DNA of 62,849 bases, filler included, from Calcarisporiella thermophila CBS 279.70 (lineage: Eukaryota > Fungi > Calcarisporiellomycota), in assembly GCF_041956535.1 (NCBI RefSeq). It is 9 parts of 9 records of this genome, joined end to end, with 100 filler letters (N's around TTAATTAATTAA, not from the genome) between each part and the next. Parts side by side here need not be neighbours in the genome. Positions count along the whole stretch, not along the records: positions 1 to 5,707 come from NW_027192237.1; positions 5,808 to 24,609 come from NW_027192193.1; 7 more parts are not named here. One strand, 5' to 3'. Below are positions 1 to 12,100 of this stretch, one piece after another. How positions within the stretch are numbered: position 1 is the stretch's first letter; every line of letters begins with the position of its first letter. The position numbers and the translations under genes are program-made. The notes under the pieces were generated by a model. The model saw nothing but the letters and a program-made list of their open reading frames with translations. It ran no database searches and was not told the origin of the DNA.

Positions 1-604
1 CATGTCAGATGAAGGTGGCATATCAACTTCAATTGACCTCAACATCATTTGAAGATTAATATTTTCGTTTATCTATTTCTATAGATAATAATATTAATGA
101 GAATCTCAGAGTATCTCCTGCAGATTTAAGAGAGTTTATTCGAAGCGAAGTGCGTGAAATGACAGGAAACCTAGGTCATTTAGCATCAAATCACGCAAGG
201 AGAGGAGGGGTCCAAATTACCTATTCAACAGGTAGAGGCAGAGGCAGAGGCAGAGGCAAAGGCAGAGGAAAGAAAATTAGTATCGAAAATAGACCGAGAA
301 GATATCAGCCAACAAGAGCAGCCAGAAAGGAAAGCAAAAATGGATAATAAAAATATATATATCGGAATTAAATAAATACCTATTATTTACTACTAATTAC
401 CTATTCGTTAAATATTCATTATTAACTCTACAAAGTGCTATCAAAAGGGGAACATAAAAGAGCATATAGAATATATGTGACGATAAGAAAACGTATAGGA
501 ACATAGAGGTTTTGTTCGGGTTTCATAATGCCCGATGTTTTCTAAACATTTTATTTATCCGAGTTTTTTGTAGGGTCACTGTATTAAAAATCAAATGGTA
601 ATGT

Positions 605-916
605 TTATTCCGGGTACAAATATTTAACACTTTTAATATAAGGATAATAAAATTTTTTATAGCTTTTCTGGACAGTTGCAATTAGCATGGTGCAGTTATC
701 ATCCCCGTACAATTCCAGTGGTCTTGGATGGTGCACATAAACATGAATCGATTTTACATGATTGTACACTTTCGAATTATTGATTAAATGGCATTGTGTA
801 GGATATATTCCAGCCGTAAAACCCCCACCCTTATAGTCAAATTCAGAATATAGGTTAACGGGATTACCAGCACTCACCAAAGTGCAAAGTGCGATGGTAT
901 ATAAAAATTTTAACAT
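605..916 (-). CDS. Small secreted protein, beta/gamma-crystallin (Greek-key)-like
   Basis: 103 aa with a hydrophobic signal peptide (MLKFLYTIALCTLVSA). Two Greek-key-like half motifs: LYSEFDYKG...VKSI and LYGDDNCT...IKSV. TATA-like sequence upstream on the minus strand. Confidence 0.6.
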   Translation of the reverse strand: MLKFLYTIALCTLVSAGNPVNLYSEFDYKGGGFTAGIYPTQCHLINNSKVYNHVKSIHVYVHHPRPLELYGDDNCTMLIATVQKSYKKFYYPYIKSVKYLYPE

Positions 917-1260
917 TGGAAATTGATAATGAAGTTTTTGTCTGGCTTTTAATCCTAAATATAAGCGAATTTAAGCTGAATCTAAACTCATGTTAAATTG
1001 ATTAACCAATATAAGTGATGTCTTCTCAAATTTGTCAGCATTTATGTCATCGGCTTTAACCTAACAGAAAATTCATATAGGAGATTGATTTTGTTAAATA
1101 ATTTTTACTTAAGCCTAACGTATGCGACAGCTTAAGGGAATTGAACAAGGCAAAGTCTGCAATCCACGCTTCACGATGGTTCAGAAGGCCCTTGAAAAAG
1201 TGACTATTGCGGATGTTTAAGTCAGTTTATAGCAACACTGACTTTATGGCCCTGCCTTGT

Positions 1261-2456
1261 TTAGGCTGCTGCTGATGCTGGTGCTGGTATTGCAGATGCT
1301 CGGGCTTGGAATAGTGGAATGTCGTTCGCTACATACCTTTCAATCCATTTTTCTGCGTTAGTGAAGTGCTCTTTTTCTGCAATTCTTCTGAGATGCGCCA
1401 TGCGGTAAGATACCATAATTTGTTCTTCAGCGGGTGCCTTGTTCGTGTTGGCGCCAGACGGATCGCCTTCCTCGGTATCCTGATTGTATTCTCCAGTTTC
1501 AGTTGTAGCAGCAAGGGAAACCATGGACGGATGGCCAATATGGGGTCACTATCGTTAGATCCATTTTCTCCATCACTGCCTTACGGAGTACTCGTACTAT
1601 TACTGTCCATGGTGGATTGGTGTGTGGATTGCATTTCTTTTCCCAATGCTGTGATAGGGTGTCCGTTGCGGCAGATCCTGGCTCTGAGTATCTGGAGAAA
1701 AAAGTGGAAGATAACTCGTTAGCCTCTCTGCGAAGGGGTTGAATGAATAGAGTCTCCATTTCTTCTCGATCCTGGAATCCTGGATCCTGGATGAGAAGGA
1801 TCATGACACAACTGAGTTTCCTTGAGTTCTTTCCAGTTGACGTGATATTGACTCTCTTTTTTTGACCACAGTCCTCCTAAGGTAAGGGATCTGAATTTCG
1901 CGCTCCACCCAGTGTCTGACGCGTCGGTCGTAGCAATTCTGGATAGAGCCGAGGGAAGAAACGATTTCCTGTTCCATATTTTAGGGTCTTCTGCCCAACA
2001 CTCTAACTCCTCCAATGCTTCCTGTGGGAGGTTGAATGAAGTGTCCCAGCACGGATTGGTGCTCAGTGCCCTGGTGTGCGCCATCATCAGTGACCTTGAA
2101 AATAGTCTGCTAGGCAATATTGCTGGAAATGCTATATTTGACGCTCCGAAGAATACCGCCAAATGTCGGGATGTCGTGAACCCTATGTCGTGTAGTCTGG
2201 TGGCTATGGAGTCGATATCCCTTACCTTTTTTGCCTGGTAACTTGATCGACATTTTCTGAGTATTGACGCTGAACCTCAGGTGTTCGATCGTCTGGGTCG
2301 GGGTTAAGAGCGATTTTTAAGGTTGATCAGAAAACCTCATGCTTCCAAGGTCTGGACTACTATCTGAGTGTGCTCCATCGTTTTCTGTCTCGAGAAGGCT
2401 GCGATTAGTAAATCGCCCAGATATGTCGTAACTCTTACCCCATGAATTCTCTCTGT
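1261..2456 (-). mobile_element. Degenerate DIRS-type (tyrosine-recombinase) retrotransposon fragment: RT end, RNase H, MT-like domain
   Basis: Frameshifted pieces read VRVTTYLGDLLIA (YxDD decayed to YLGD) and IATTDASDTGWSA...GGLWSKKESQYHVNWKEL (DIRS RNase H). NPPWTVIVRVLRK...IVTPYW / PWFPLLLQL match the DIRS methyltransferase-like domain. Confidence 0.8.
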
Positions 2457-3882
2457 AGGGAATAAATTAATCAATAAAATAAATATTTCTTTCTGCTGCT
2501 CTCCTTAGTATCAACGTTTTATTTCCGCATTTGATTAAGTAACATGAATGAGTGGTTTATTTCTAAATGAATTAATACTAGATTCAACTCCTTAATAAGA
2601 GGCAATCCATTAGGAAAATCACGAGTATAAGGTAGGCTAGTTTTGGCTTAAATTGGTATGAAATAAGTTCATTTATTATTTGTATACACTTGATTTCTTA
2701 TTTGGAACTTGCAGGTAAAATTTTAGGGATAATTCAAGGGTGCAATTTTCAGAGGCCGAATTCCGGGCCATCAATTTTTGCCACAAATTTTTATTGGAAT
2801 AACCCACCTTCCTGGGATAAAGTCCTTATTACTAAAATGTTCCCGTTCTCCGATATCCATGTTTACTAGGTTTGAAATCTTGACGACCCAAAGAATTTTA
2901 GATTCGTTTACAGTAAATTACAATGATTTGGAATATTCGGCGGAGTTTCTTCGAGGCAGCTTCTTTGTAGGATCCAGTTACCTCAATGATTTGACACAAG
3001 TTGCCTGTGCAATACGTAATAGCATAACTATACACCACTAAATGTTTCTTTCCTGTGTTTCGGTATAGGTTTAAAATGACGACAGCGGAGCGGGTTGCTC
3101 TTATGCTTGCTTGGGGATCTTCTTGCACCCTTACCCAGTAGAGGGATTTTGACCTCCCCCCAAAACACTACTAGCTTCCAATCATCCTCCGTCCAGTTTT
3201 AGCCCTTTCTAACAAATCCTCAGGCGACATCTATTTCGGGTAAGGACATGAGAAGAGGCTTCTTTATTCACACTTAAACAGGTAGTTCTTCTCGTTGAAA
3301 TTTTTGCTTCACGTAGCTGGAAGACAATCTGTTTTTCCTTCGTATATAATAGATTCTTTCACATTGATAGCATCCTTATACTGTCCAGGATTTAATAAGG
3401 ATTGTAATATCCTACAGCCTGTTACAATGACTCTCAATAGCTTTGGAATAACCCTTGGGTTATAAATATATTTCGATATTATTGTACATTGATAAAAGGG
3501 TACCCTGCTTGAATCGATGACATAAAAAAATGGATAGAGAGATATTATCCTCAGAAAATTACCAACTCAGTACACCTTTTTATATAAGCTGTACTAGAAA
3601 TTGTTATATGCCCTTATATTTTAAATAAAATCTACTGGCAGTAGTATCTTATCTGGAGATTGAACCATTTTATTAATCATTAGGGGATAATCCATAGTGA
3701 AATGTGGACGGCTTAAGTAGTCCACAGTCTCATACAAACTTTATGAGGGTACTATAAATTATTTCAAAGTTTATGAAATGACAAAATGGATGATTCGTTT
3801 TTGTGAAAATATATAAACGCATGGCGTAAATAGGACAGTTTAAACAGATCATCAGATCCATTGTATTCATTCTTTTATCAAT

Positions 3883-4539
3883 ATGAAGGCGCCAATTTAC
3901 TTAGCAGCATTTGTTGTATGCACTTTAACTCATCATGTACTTGCATCCCCTGTAATCAACAATATAGACAAAAGACAGTTTTCAGGAGCTGAAAACATTC
4001 CAGATATAGCTCGCAAATATATTCAACAGTCCAATCAAGGCGGTAGCCAAGATAATGGAGCTATATTTGGAGATAACAATTCAGGAACAAATAGCAGATC
4101 TAGCTCTGGACCAGGTCGCGGCAGCGGAAGTGGAGGTGATGGAAGTTATAGCTATAGCTGTAGCGGAAGCAGCTGTTCTTTTGATAAAAGACAATTAGAT
4201 AAAACGCGGCTTCCATTTCCAGGAGCAGAGTTTATACCTCCGTTTGCTCGCCAATTTATCCCGCAATTTAATCAAAATCAAGGAGTTAGATTTAGAGGGT
4301 CAAATGGCAACGCTGGTTTTGGACCTGGTCGTTCGAATAGCAATCAAGGAGTTGGATTGAGAGGGTCAAATGGCAGCGCTAGTATTGGACCGGGTCGTTC
4401 GAATAGCAATCAAGGAGTTAGATTTAGAGGGCCAAACAGCAGCGCTAGTTTTGGACCGGGTCGTTCGAATAGCAATCAAGGACCGGGCAGTTTTAGCTTC
4501 AGTTTTAACGATAAAGGGAGCAGCTTCGATAGTAACTAA
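3883..4539 (+). CDS. Secreted Kex2-processed repeat precursor, G/S/N/Q/F-rich
   Basis: Signal peptide, two DKR|Q sites, two homologous modules, internal 22-aa repeats. TATATAAA-like box near 3810. Intronless clean ORF. Confidence 0.8.
   Translation: MKAPIYLAAFVVCTLTHHVLASPVINNIDKRQFSGAENIPDIARKYIQQSNQGGSQDNGAIFGDNNSGTNSRSSSGPGRGSGSGGDGSYSYSCSGSSCSFDKRQLDKTRLPFPGAEFIPPFARQFIPQFNQNQGVRFRGSNGNAGFGPGRSNSNQGVGLRGSNGSASIGPGRSNSNQGVRFRGPNSSASFGPGRSNSNQGPGSFSFSFNDKGSSFDSN
4276..4482 (+). repeat. 66-bp (22-aa) coding tandem repeat, about 3.1 copies
   Basis: AATCAAGGA starts at 4276, 4342, 4408, 4474; unit NQGVRFRGSNGNAGFGPGRSNS. Confidence 0.95.
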
Positions 4540-5465
4540 TAACAAACTATGAAATATTTCTGATCACATCTTTACAATATGTACTCAATCATTACTTTGT
4601 TATATTATACTAAAAATTTAAAATACTAAAAAAATGGGAAAAAATCATAAAAAAATAAAAAAATTTAGGTTTGATTTTACCTCTTTTTATTGAGAAAATA
4701 TATTTGGTATGGGGAAATGTAGAAAAGAAGCAATCGCAACCATTGAAAACAGGAGAGGTTGCAATTTTTGAGATTTTTTGGACAGAAATACTGAATCTGG
4801 AAATGAAGGATCAGAATTTAAGATATATTTTATTAAGTGTGTGAGTAGATTAGATAATTATGTGAGGATGGATAATAATGAATAGTATTTTGACCAAAAT
4901 AAAACGCACTTCAAAACCAAAAAGGTTGCTGTAACGGATATGGGACTGGTAAGGTCCGAATTCTTATATAATTCAAGAAAGAGGTTTATTATTAAATCTA
5001 AATACTGTAAAAAAATATTATCTAAATTAATTGGTATCTTCACCTTACAGAATTCAAGTAAGGGGTGAGGAGCAATAAAGCAAAAAAGTTGAATTTATAT
5101 AGAATATCGGGAATATCAGATTGAAACATTAATATAAAGTACCTCCGGAAAGTTTTGGGGCATCTCTTTATTTTTAATAAATTAATCATATTTCCTGAAA
5201 AATTTCTATTTCAAATAAACACTATTTATGTTTTAAGAACTATCTGTGCCTGCTTTCACGATGTTTACAATACGGACTATTTTGTTTGCATCTTTACAGG
5301 GATATACCGATTTATTATGAAAAATGAAGTGGGACAATTTTGACCGATATAAACCGGGGTAGACTTGTACCCTTGTAGCTCGATATCTAAAGGTGTCCAC
5401 GGCTCGAAAGTTTCTCCATATTTTCTGCTAATCATACTCTTATTTATTTTAAAAAAACAAGCCTT

Positions 5466-5707
5466 ATGCCTCGAATCACTCCAAGTAAACGTGCTCGCGT
5501 ATCCGTCCTCCTCGAAGAGGGATACTCAACACGCGAAATTGCCGCCCGAGAAGGCATTGGAAAAAGTAGCGTGACAAGAATACTCCAGAATAAAGAGAAT
5601 GCATCAAACAATTCTCCAAGAAAGAAAATGGGTCGCCCTCGAAAGTTATCCAGCCGCGATGAAAATAGAATATGTAGAAGCGTGGCGATGGGAGAGTGTA
5701 AGAACGT
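5466..5707 (+). mobile_element. Tc1/mariner transposase N-terminus, cut by contig end
   Basis: HTH (GYSTREIAAREGIGKSSVTRIL) followed by the GRPRKLS linker typical of Tc1 transposases. Confidence 0.85.
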
Positions 5708-5807
5708 NNNNNNNNNNNNNNNNNNNNNNNNNNNNNNNNNNNNNNNNNNNNTTAATTAATTAANNNNNNNNNNNNNNNNNNNNNNNNNNNNNNNNNNNNN
5801 NNNNNNN
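5708..5807. other. Artificial contig linker (first of eight)
   Basis: N44-TTAATTAATTAA-N44 with stops in all six frames. Repeated at 24610, 27903, 35066, 42192, 45775, 49277, 52163. Confidence 0.99.
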
Positions 5808-7566
5808 TAGTTAGGGCGTTCTCCTGTGCCTGACGTTCCGGGACAAAGCCACATTGGTCAGGATGGATGATCGACGCGATAACACTCTGTATTCTCCACG
5901 CGAGTATTCTTGTTAGGAGTTTAATGTCCACATTGAGGAGAGATATCGGTCGCCAATTGCTTAGCAGTTCGGCATCCCCTTTTCTTTTATAGATTAGGAC
6001 AATCGTTGCTTTCTTCGAGAAGTTTATAGGGCTGTCCATTGTGAAGGCCTCATTGAAGAGCAGCTGAATCGTGGGGGCAAGCTCATCTTCAATGGCTCGG
6101 TAGAATTCCGCCGTAATTCCGTCCGGGCCGGGCGATTTGTTCTTTGGAGCCAGCCGAATGGCTCTCCTCACCTCTTCTTCGCTGATAGGCTCTTCCAGTT
6201 TTTCGCGGGCTTCAGTAGATAAAGTTTTGTCTACATGATTGAGGAGGGTGTTTTGCTCGGTTGTACTTGTGGGGTCCCCAGCATAGAGCTCCGTGTAGAA
6301 ATGGGTGGCCATTCTGGCTATTTCGCTAGGGTCTTCAGTGCGGGTTCCATCCGCTCTTTTCAGCGAGGTCATCGCGTTGACTGCTCTCCTTCTCGCAATA
6401 CGGCGGTGGAAGTATGCTGTAGATTTCTCGCCCTGGTCGGTCCAATTCAGGCGAGACCGAATGCGCAGTGCTTCAGTTCTTCTATCGACATGTGCAGCGA
6501 GTTGGTTGCGGAGCCTCTCCAATTGGCCATGCGACTCTCTAGTCCATGGGGCGTCGTGGTACCTCTTGAGAGCCCTGTTAAGCTGCGTTTCCTCCGTTCT
6601 ATACCGGCGTTGTCTTTGCGCCGCGTAGGTGGTAGTGAGTGATTGGAATTCTTGTTTTGCAGCGTTCCAAATGTGGCCCGTGGTCCTGAAGGTTTCGCGG
6701 GTTGTAAGCAGGTAGTGCCAATGGGCCTTGAGTGTGGCTGTGTAGAGTTCATCATCTGCTAGGCTGGAATTAAACCGCCATTGACCGTATCCAGATTTAG
6801 GAGCTGCAGCATTCCTTATTTCTGTCTGAATAGCCATGTGGTCATATGAAGATCCGGGGGGGTCCAGTAGGGTTACATCCGTTGTTTTTGATATGAGTGC
6901 TGTGCTGACCCAGAACAGGTCCAGTCGTGATCTCATTAGAGAGCTTCTCTGTGAGTATGTGAATTGGTCGCCTTTGGATGAGAAGTGCCTGTAGACGTCC
7001 GTAAGGGAGGCCGCAGATGTGATCATCCGAAGTCGATGTGAGGAGCCTCTGCGGTTTTGGGAGTTGGGAGCTGGTGGTGTGCGGTCAATTGCCGGATCAA
7101 GATGTGTGTTGAAGTCGCCTCCCATTATTAACCTGTGTTCTTCCAGTGAGGCTGGGAATGCGTCATAGAAGGCCTGCGTGTCCGGCTCTGCGGATGGGGC
7201 GTATACATTTATCAGGGTGATCGGGTAGGGGAGAAGAGGGGAACGGGCCACACATTTTAGGACACGGCCTTCCAAGGCGATATCCACGTCGGAAAGGGTA
7301 GTGTCGGAATGTGTAGACAGTATGGCAGAATGGTATGACCATATAGCTGGTCGGCCCCATTCTCTCTGCCATGGGTGGTTGTCATCTTCATTCTCAGCCT
7401 CTATATGTGCTTCTGAGTGTGAGTAGTTTGCTTCGTCAGGGGAGTGAATTTCTTGGAGAAAGATTAAGTGGGGTTTCGATATTAGCTTCAGCCAGTTAAA
7501 TAGTGTACGTCTTTTTTGAGGGTTAACTAAACCCCGAGTGTTGAGAGATAGGATCGATATAGACAT
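5808..7566 (-). CDS. L1/Tx1-clade LINE ORF2 (APE endonuclease + start of RT), cut by contig end
   Basis: APE motifs SLNTRGL, FLQEIH, NVYAP, GGDFN, RLDLFW, YDH. L1/Tx1 linker motifs WRFN and EKSTAYFH. RT motifs KSPGPDGITAEFY, NWRPISLLNVDIK, IHPDQCGFV. Uninterrupted over about 586 codons. Confidence 0.95.
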
Positions 7567-7610
7567 TGAGTAATGGGATAGGGTGTTGGGGTAGGGGGTA
7601 TAATTGTGAA

Positions 7611-8336
7611 TTAGAAGGAGCTGTCCTCCATTCTGTCACTTTCCATCCCGTCGTCCTCAACTACTTCCACGTCGTTTATATTGTCTTTCTTGAGATCGCT
7701 TAGTTTCTCTGGCTCTATGGTCTCATTTTCTTCCAATCATGGGTTATGCTGACTGGTGGAACTCCCTGAGGTTGTATCACTGCCTCTGTTGGGAGCTCTG
7801 CTGTCATCCAGCGATGAAGTTTGAACGACGATAGTCATTGCCTTGCTTCTGGTTACTCTTCCGGGTGGATTATCGTTGGATGAGGGTTGGGTTACCGCCT
7901 GGGTTGCGGGTTTCTTCTTGCCCTTGGATCTTCGACGCTTCACCAGAGTAAAGCCTTCAGGGTCGGTATACTCCTCTTCCTGGAGTCTGTCGATATTGGC
8001 TTCTTTGCTCTTAGTCATATCCTTTCTGTTTATGCCGATGGCCCCGTTGCTTAGGGTGACGGTTTTGTTGTTAGTTATGGCAGGGACTCTCGTGGGAGTG
8101 TTGAAGGTGAACTGGGGTACTTGGCTCGTAGGCCTGTTAACCCGTTTTGGGCAATCCCTGCTGTAGTGTCTTTCGCTGAGGCACACACGGCAGAGCGGTG
8201 GGCAATCGGGCCAGGTGACAAAAACCTTATGGTTGTCCACCAACATACGACGATTCAATTTCTCGATCGCCTCGTTGCGTTTCCCCGCCACGTTAAGAGT
8301 GAGGAAGATGGTCGGTCGAGCTACGTTTCGACGGGG
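7611..8336 (-). mobile_element. LINE ORF1 C-terminal part (gag-like CCHC knuckle), 5'-truncated
   Basis: CRVCLSERHYSRDC = CX2CX4HX4C. The frame is open from about 8336 with no upstream ATG. In-frame TGA at 7737-7739 is followed by an acidic in-frame tail to TAA at 7611. Confidence 0.85.
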
Positions 8337-8402
8337 TCAGCAATGTGGAAAAAAAAATACAGCTACACTTATAAACACTTTTAAAAACTCGGTTCACGCG
8401 AA

Positions 8403-8474
8403 GGTTCTATGGTGTAATCGGTAGCACCCAGGACTTTGAATCCTGTAACCTGAGTTCGATTCTCAGTGGAACCA
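8403..8474 (+). tRNA. tRNA-Gln(TTG)
   Basis: Acceptor stem GGTTCTA/TGGAACC; D-arm GGTGTAATCGGTAGCACC; anticodon arm CAGGA-CTTTGAA-TCCTG; T-arm CTGAG-TTCGATT-CTCAG. Intronless. Confidence 0.97.
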
Positions 8475-8483
8475 AGAGAATTA

Positions 8484-8490
8484 TTTTTTT
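8484..8490 (+). terminator. Pol III terminator (T7) of tRNA-Gln
   Basis: Run of 7 T, 10 bp after the tRNA 3' end. Confidence 0.8.
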
Positions 8491-9165
8491 ATTGATATTT
8501 GTCTTTTTATTAATCTTTGAATGAGGTGCATGTTAGATTATATATTTACTTTCCTTAATTTTTATTAGGGTAAATAGCTTCACTCAGGCATTAGTGCATT
8601 GTTTGAGATAAAAGATTATCCCTTTTATTGAATACTTAAAGTATATACATTGAGGATCTAGAGCTGAGAGGGATTCTTGATTCTGTAAAATAATAATGAG
8701 AATATTAGAGCGTACTAATAAACATTGAATAAGGGTACTCACATTGGTTTAAGAAGATAATCTTTCAGCCATTCTTTTCTGACCACCGGAGAATCTTGTA
8801 GAGGCATGCTGGTATCCTTCTGAATAAGAGTCACCGGTTGGCTAATAAATGTCAAATTCTTTAGCACTATCGAGATTTAAAGTGCAATTCAGTATTATGT
8901 GTATTCATTGGTCGAGAAAAATGAGGAATAACCATTTGTCTTCTCTCTATCTTCTTTTTCATTCATTTGGAGGCGTGCCTAATATACTGGAAAGAAGCTC
9001 AACTTCATTAAATTCAATTTTTAGTAATAGTGACGTTTATCTACTTTTTCCAAATTTTAGTCACCGTTAATATTAAAAAATAGAAACGCAATGCACTCCA
9101 CCTGCAACAGCATTTATTGACTTTTGAGATGCTACCGGGAAGACATTTCAATTGCCACAAGAGGT

Positions 9166-12100
9166 ATGCCTCGGCTAGGAGAACAAATATCCCCTTCGCG
9201 TCTATATACATCTTCACCTCCTCCACAATGGAGGCCTGGGCATGGACCTCTAGTGCAATCTCCTCGGTCTCCTTCCCCACAAGCCTCTTTCCGTCAAAAC
9301 CCAAACTTGACCCCTGACTCACCCTCAGCGAGTACAGTTGCAACATATACAAACTCCTTACATAATGCATTTTCGCTGTGGTATCAAAATCAGAATGGTG
9401 GATTCTCGTGTCGACCTCAGTTACCCTCCACACTTGGGTGGGTAGGTTACTGCTCTTTCACGACCGTCATTTCCTATGCCGAGCAATGAGCACCCTATCG
9501 GAAATCCTATCACACAAGAATTGCCTCTTAATGATACTCGGGTTAGATCAAATTTGCCACTTTTGCCACCTCAACAAGCCCTTAATAGCATGAACCCTGT
9601 CCCGGCTTACGCTCCGATACCGGTTCGATTCATTCAAATACCCCTGCTGGCAATGTTCAGTCGCCGCCACTCTCTCCCACTGGTAGTGCAAATGGTATAT
9701 CTCACACTCGAAGGAGAACATACCCCGAACAAATTAATATTGCTTGTATGAATGGCTCGGCTCAGCCAACAAGCAGGCAGTTTTATCCTCCTACACCTGG
9801 AGGCACAAATTCAACACTCGTCTCATCTTTTCATGCCCTCGAGGAAGATATCTCGTTCTAGTGGAGGTGTGCATGTATATCGATCGAGCGAGACTGCGAA
9901 GATGGATAGCCTGACGTACCAGTTTCAAGGAATGGATGTAGGGGATAAACGCATAAACATCTAATGCTAGATTTTTTTCTGAAATCCTTATCTACCCAAT
10001 AGCAGCTCCAGCACGTGCTATTGGTAGGAACCCAGCTCAATGTACAAGATTTGGATTCACTGCCGCCTAAAATCAATCTTCCCCCTAATGTGAATTAATG
10101 GATATATTCACAGTTTGTTATATTTTTTTAACATATTTCTATCATTATATTAGGCTTCTGCTAGCCAATCTCCACTTGCAAACCCAGATCCTCTTTACAT
10201 GCGTTGTATATTGAACGCATTCCCCGCCACACATGCGCCCTTGAATAAAAGGAAAAAATTAAGAGTAAAATTCCACTTGGCTTAGTACTAACACCATACA
10301 AATCTACCAAGGAAGATGAGGTATTCCATAGCCGGGGGTTATGAACTAAGCAGCTCTAAACTTACCATTTTCAAGATGCCGATCCCCGTCTTAAATGACT
10401 AGATTGACTGGATCCCGCGCAGTCATCGAAATCTTTCTAAATAATCTGGGAGAAATGTTCAAGGAAACACTCAATGTGAATAATGCACTTGGCCCAGCTT
10501 TACAAGCTGCGTATAAACTTGCAGTAAGTATCATAGCTTCCCGCTATGTATAGAGCTTGCATCAATAATTAGCACCATCCTTTAGTCACCCATTGGAGGC
10601 AAGATTGTAGTGATTCAGTCGACGCTGCCTAACATGGGCGATGGTGCTTTGAAGTCACGAGAAGACGTGAAAATTTTAGGAACTCCTAAGGTGGATACAC
10701 TATTGTCTCCTATTTTGTATGTGCTTAGATTAATTTAGCACCCAATAGGAGTCAGCTCTATTGCAGCCTTACTCCATGTTCTACAAAGTAGTTGCGATGG
10801 AATGTTCATGGTCACAAATATCTGTAGACATATTTGTACTCAGCTCAAAGTATGCTGATATTGCCACACAAGGTAATCTATCAAAGTTTTCGAGGGGTTG
10901 GCATTGTTTTTACCAGTATCGCCATAAATTTGAATAGCATGTGCCTCTCATTACGCTGGTGGTCAGCTGTTTTTCTACCCGGCATTTAGCACTAGCCGTT
11001 CAGTAGATGCCCTCCGATTTGCCAACGAATTTGCAGAGAATCTCTCTAGCCATACAGTTATGAAATTGCGCGCAACCCAAGGTTTTTTTTTGGAGTAATG
11101 CCGCATCAATTCTCTATTTTCTCAAATACTCCACTCTGCTAAGGCGTACAATTCTCTTCTTTTCATGACAACTTCTTCATTCGTTCGACGGATCTCTTAG
11201 CGCTACCTACTGTCCCGCGCGATCAATCTTACTGTGCAGATTGAAATCGAGGAGATTGAAATCGAGGAAAAGCTTAAAATACCTACCATCATTTTTCAAG
11301 CGGCGATAGTACATACGACGTGCTCAAGCGAAAGACGCATCCGCGTACTAACTCTCTGCCTACCTATCATCAATCAACTTCCCGAGCTGTATACTTCAGC
11401 TGATCTGATTGCTATTATCGCATTGCTTAATAAGGCCATAGAATGTTCGACTACGTCGAAATTAGAGGATGTACGTGATGCATTGACGAACAAATGCGTG
11501 GGTATCCTGCAAGCTATAAAACAAACCTTACCACGACATCATCCGGGGGCGCCACCTCAGCTTCAAATTGTAATAATTTGAAGATGCTACCGCTACTGAT
11601 CTTGGGCCTATTGAAGCACATCGGCTTTCGTCACAGCTCACAGATATCAAGCGACTTGCGGGCTTATACCCAAAATTTTCTTCGAGTTTTACCCGCGCCC
11701 CTGCTCACAATCCAATTACACCCACGATTATATGCTTTACGTTTGATGTCCATTCCTCAAAATAGCAGTGAAGAAGGAAAAAAGGGTCAGCTTCAGATTC
11801 CACTGCCCAAGAGAATGAACTTGACAAGCGAGCGAATCGAAAGACACGGGTGCTACCTCCTTGAAAATGGACAAAGTATACTTATTTGAGTTGGGTATGA
11901 TATAAATCCACGACTTTGTGCTGACCTGTTCGGGGTAGATTATGGAAATATTAGCCTCGGAAAGGTGCGCGTCCTCTTTTTATTCTACCTATTTGCCACT
12001 ACTAGTTGCTAAATTTTACATTAGACCAATTTGCCTGTTCTTGACAATCCCTTTTCCCAAGCAGTGCATCGATTTATATTGGAATCACACGGCGGCGGCA

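Noticed and set aside
150-347. Short RG-rich ORF
   Set aside because: Driven by an (AGAGGC)n microsatellite at a contig edge; cannot be assigned.
8320-8360. Branch-point/acceptor-like sequence (GCTGAC...GTAG) at the LINE 5' junction
   Set aside because: No plausible donor or upstream exon before the tRNA; simple 5' truncation is more parsimonious.
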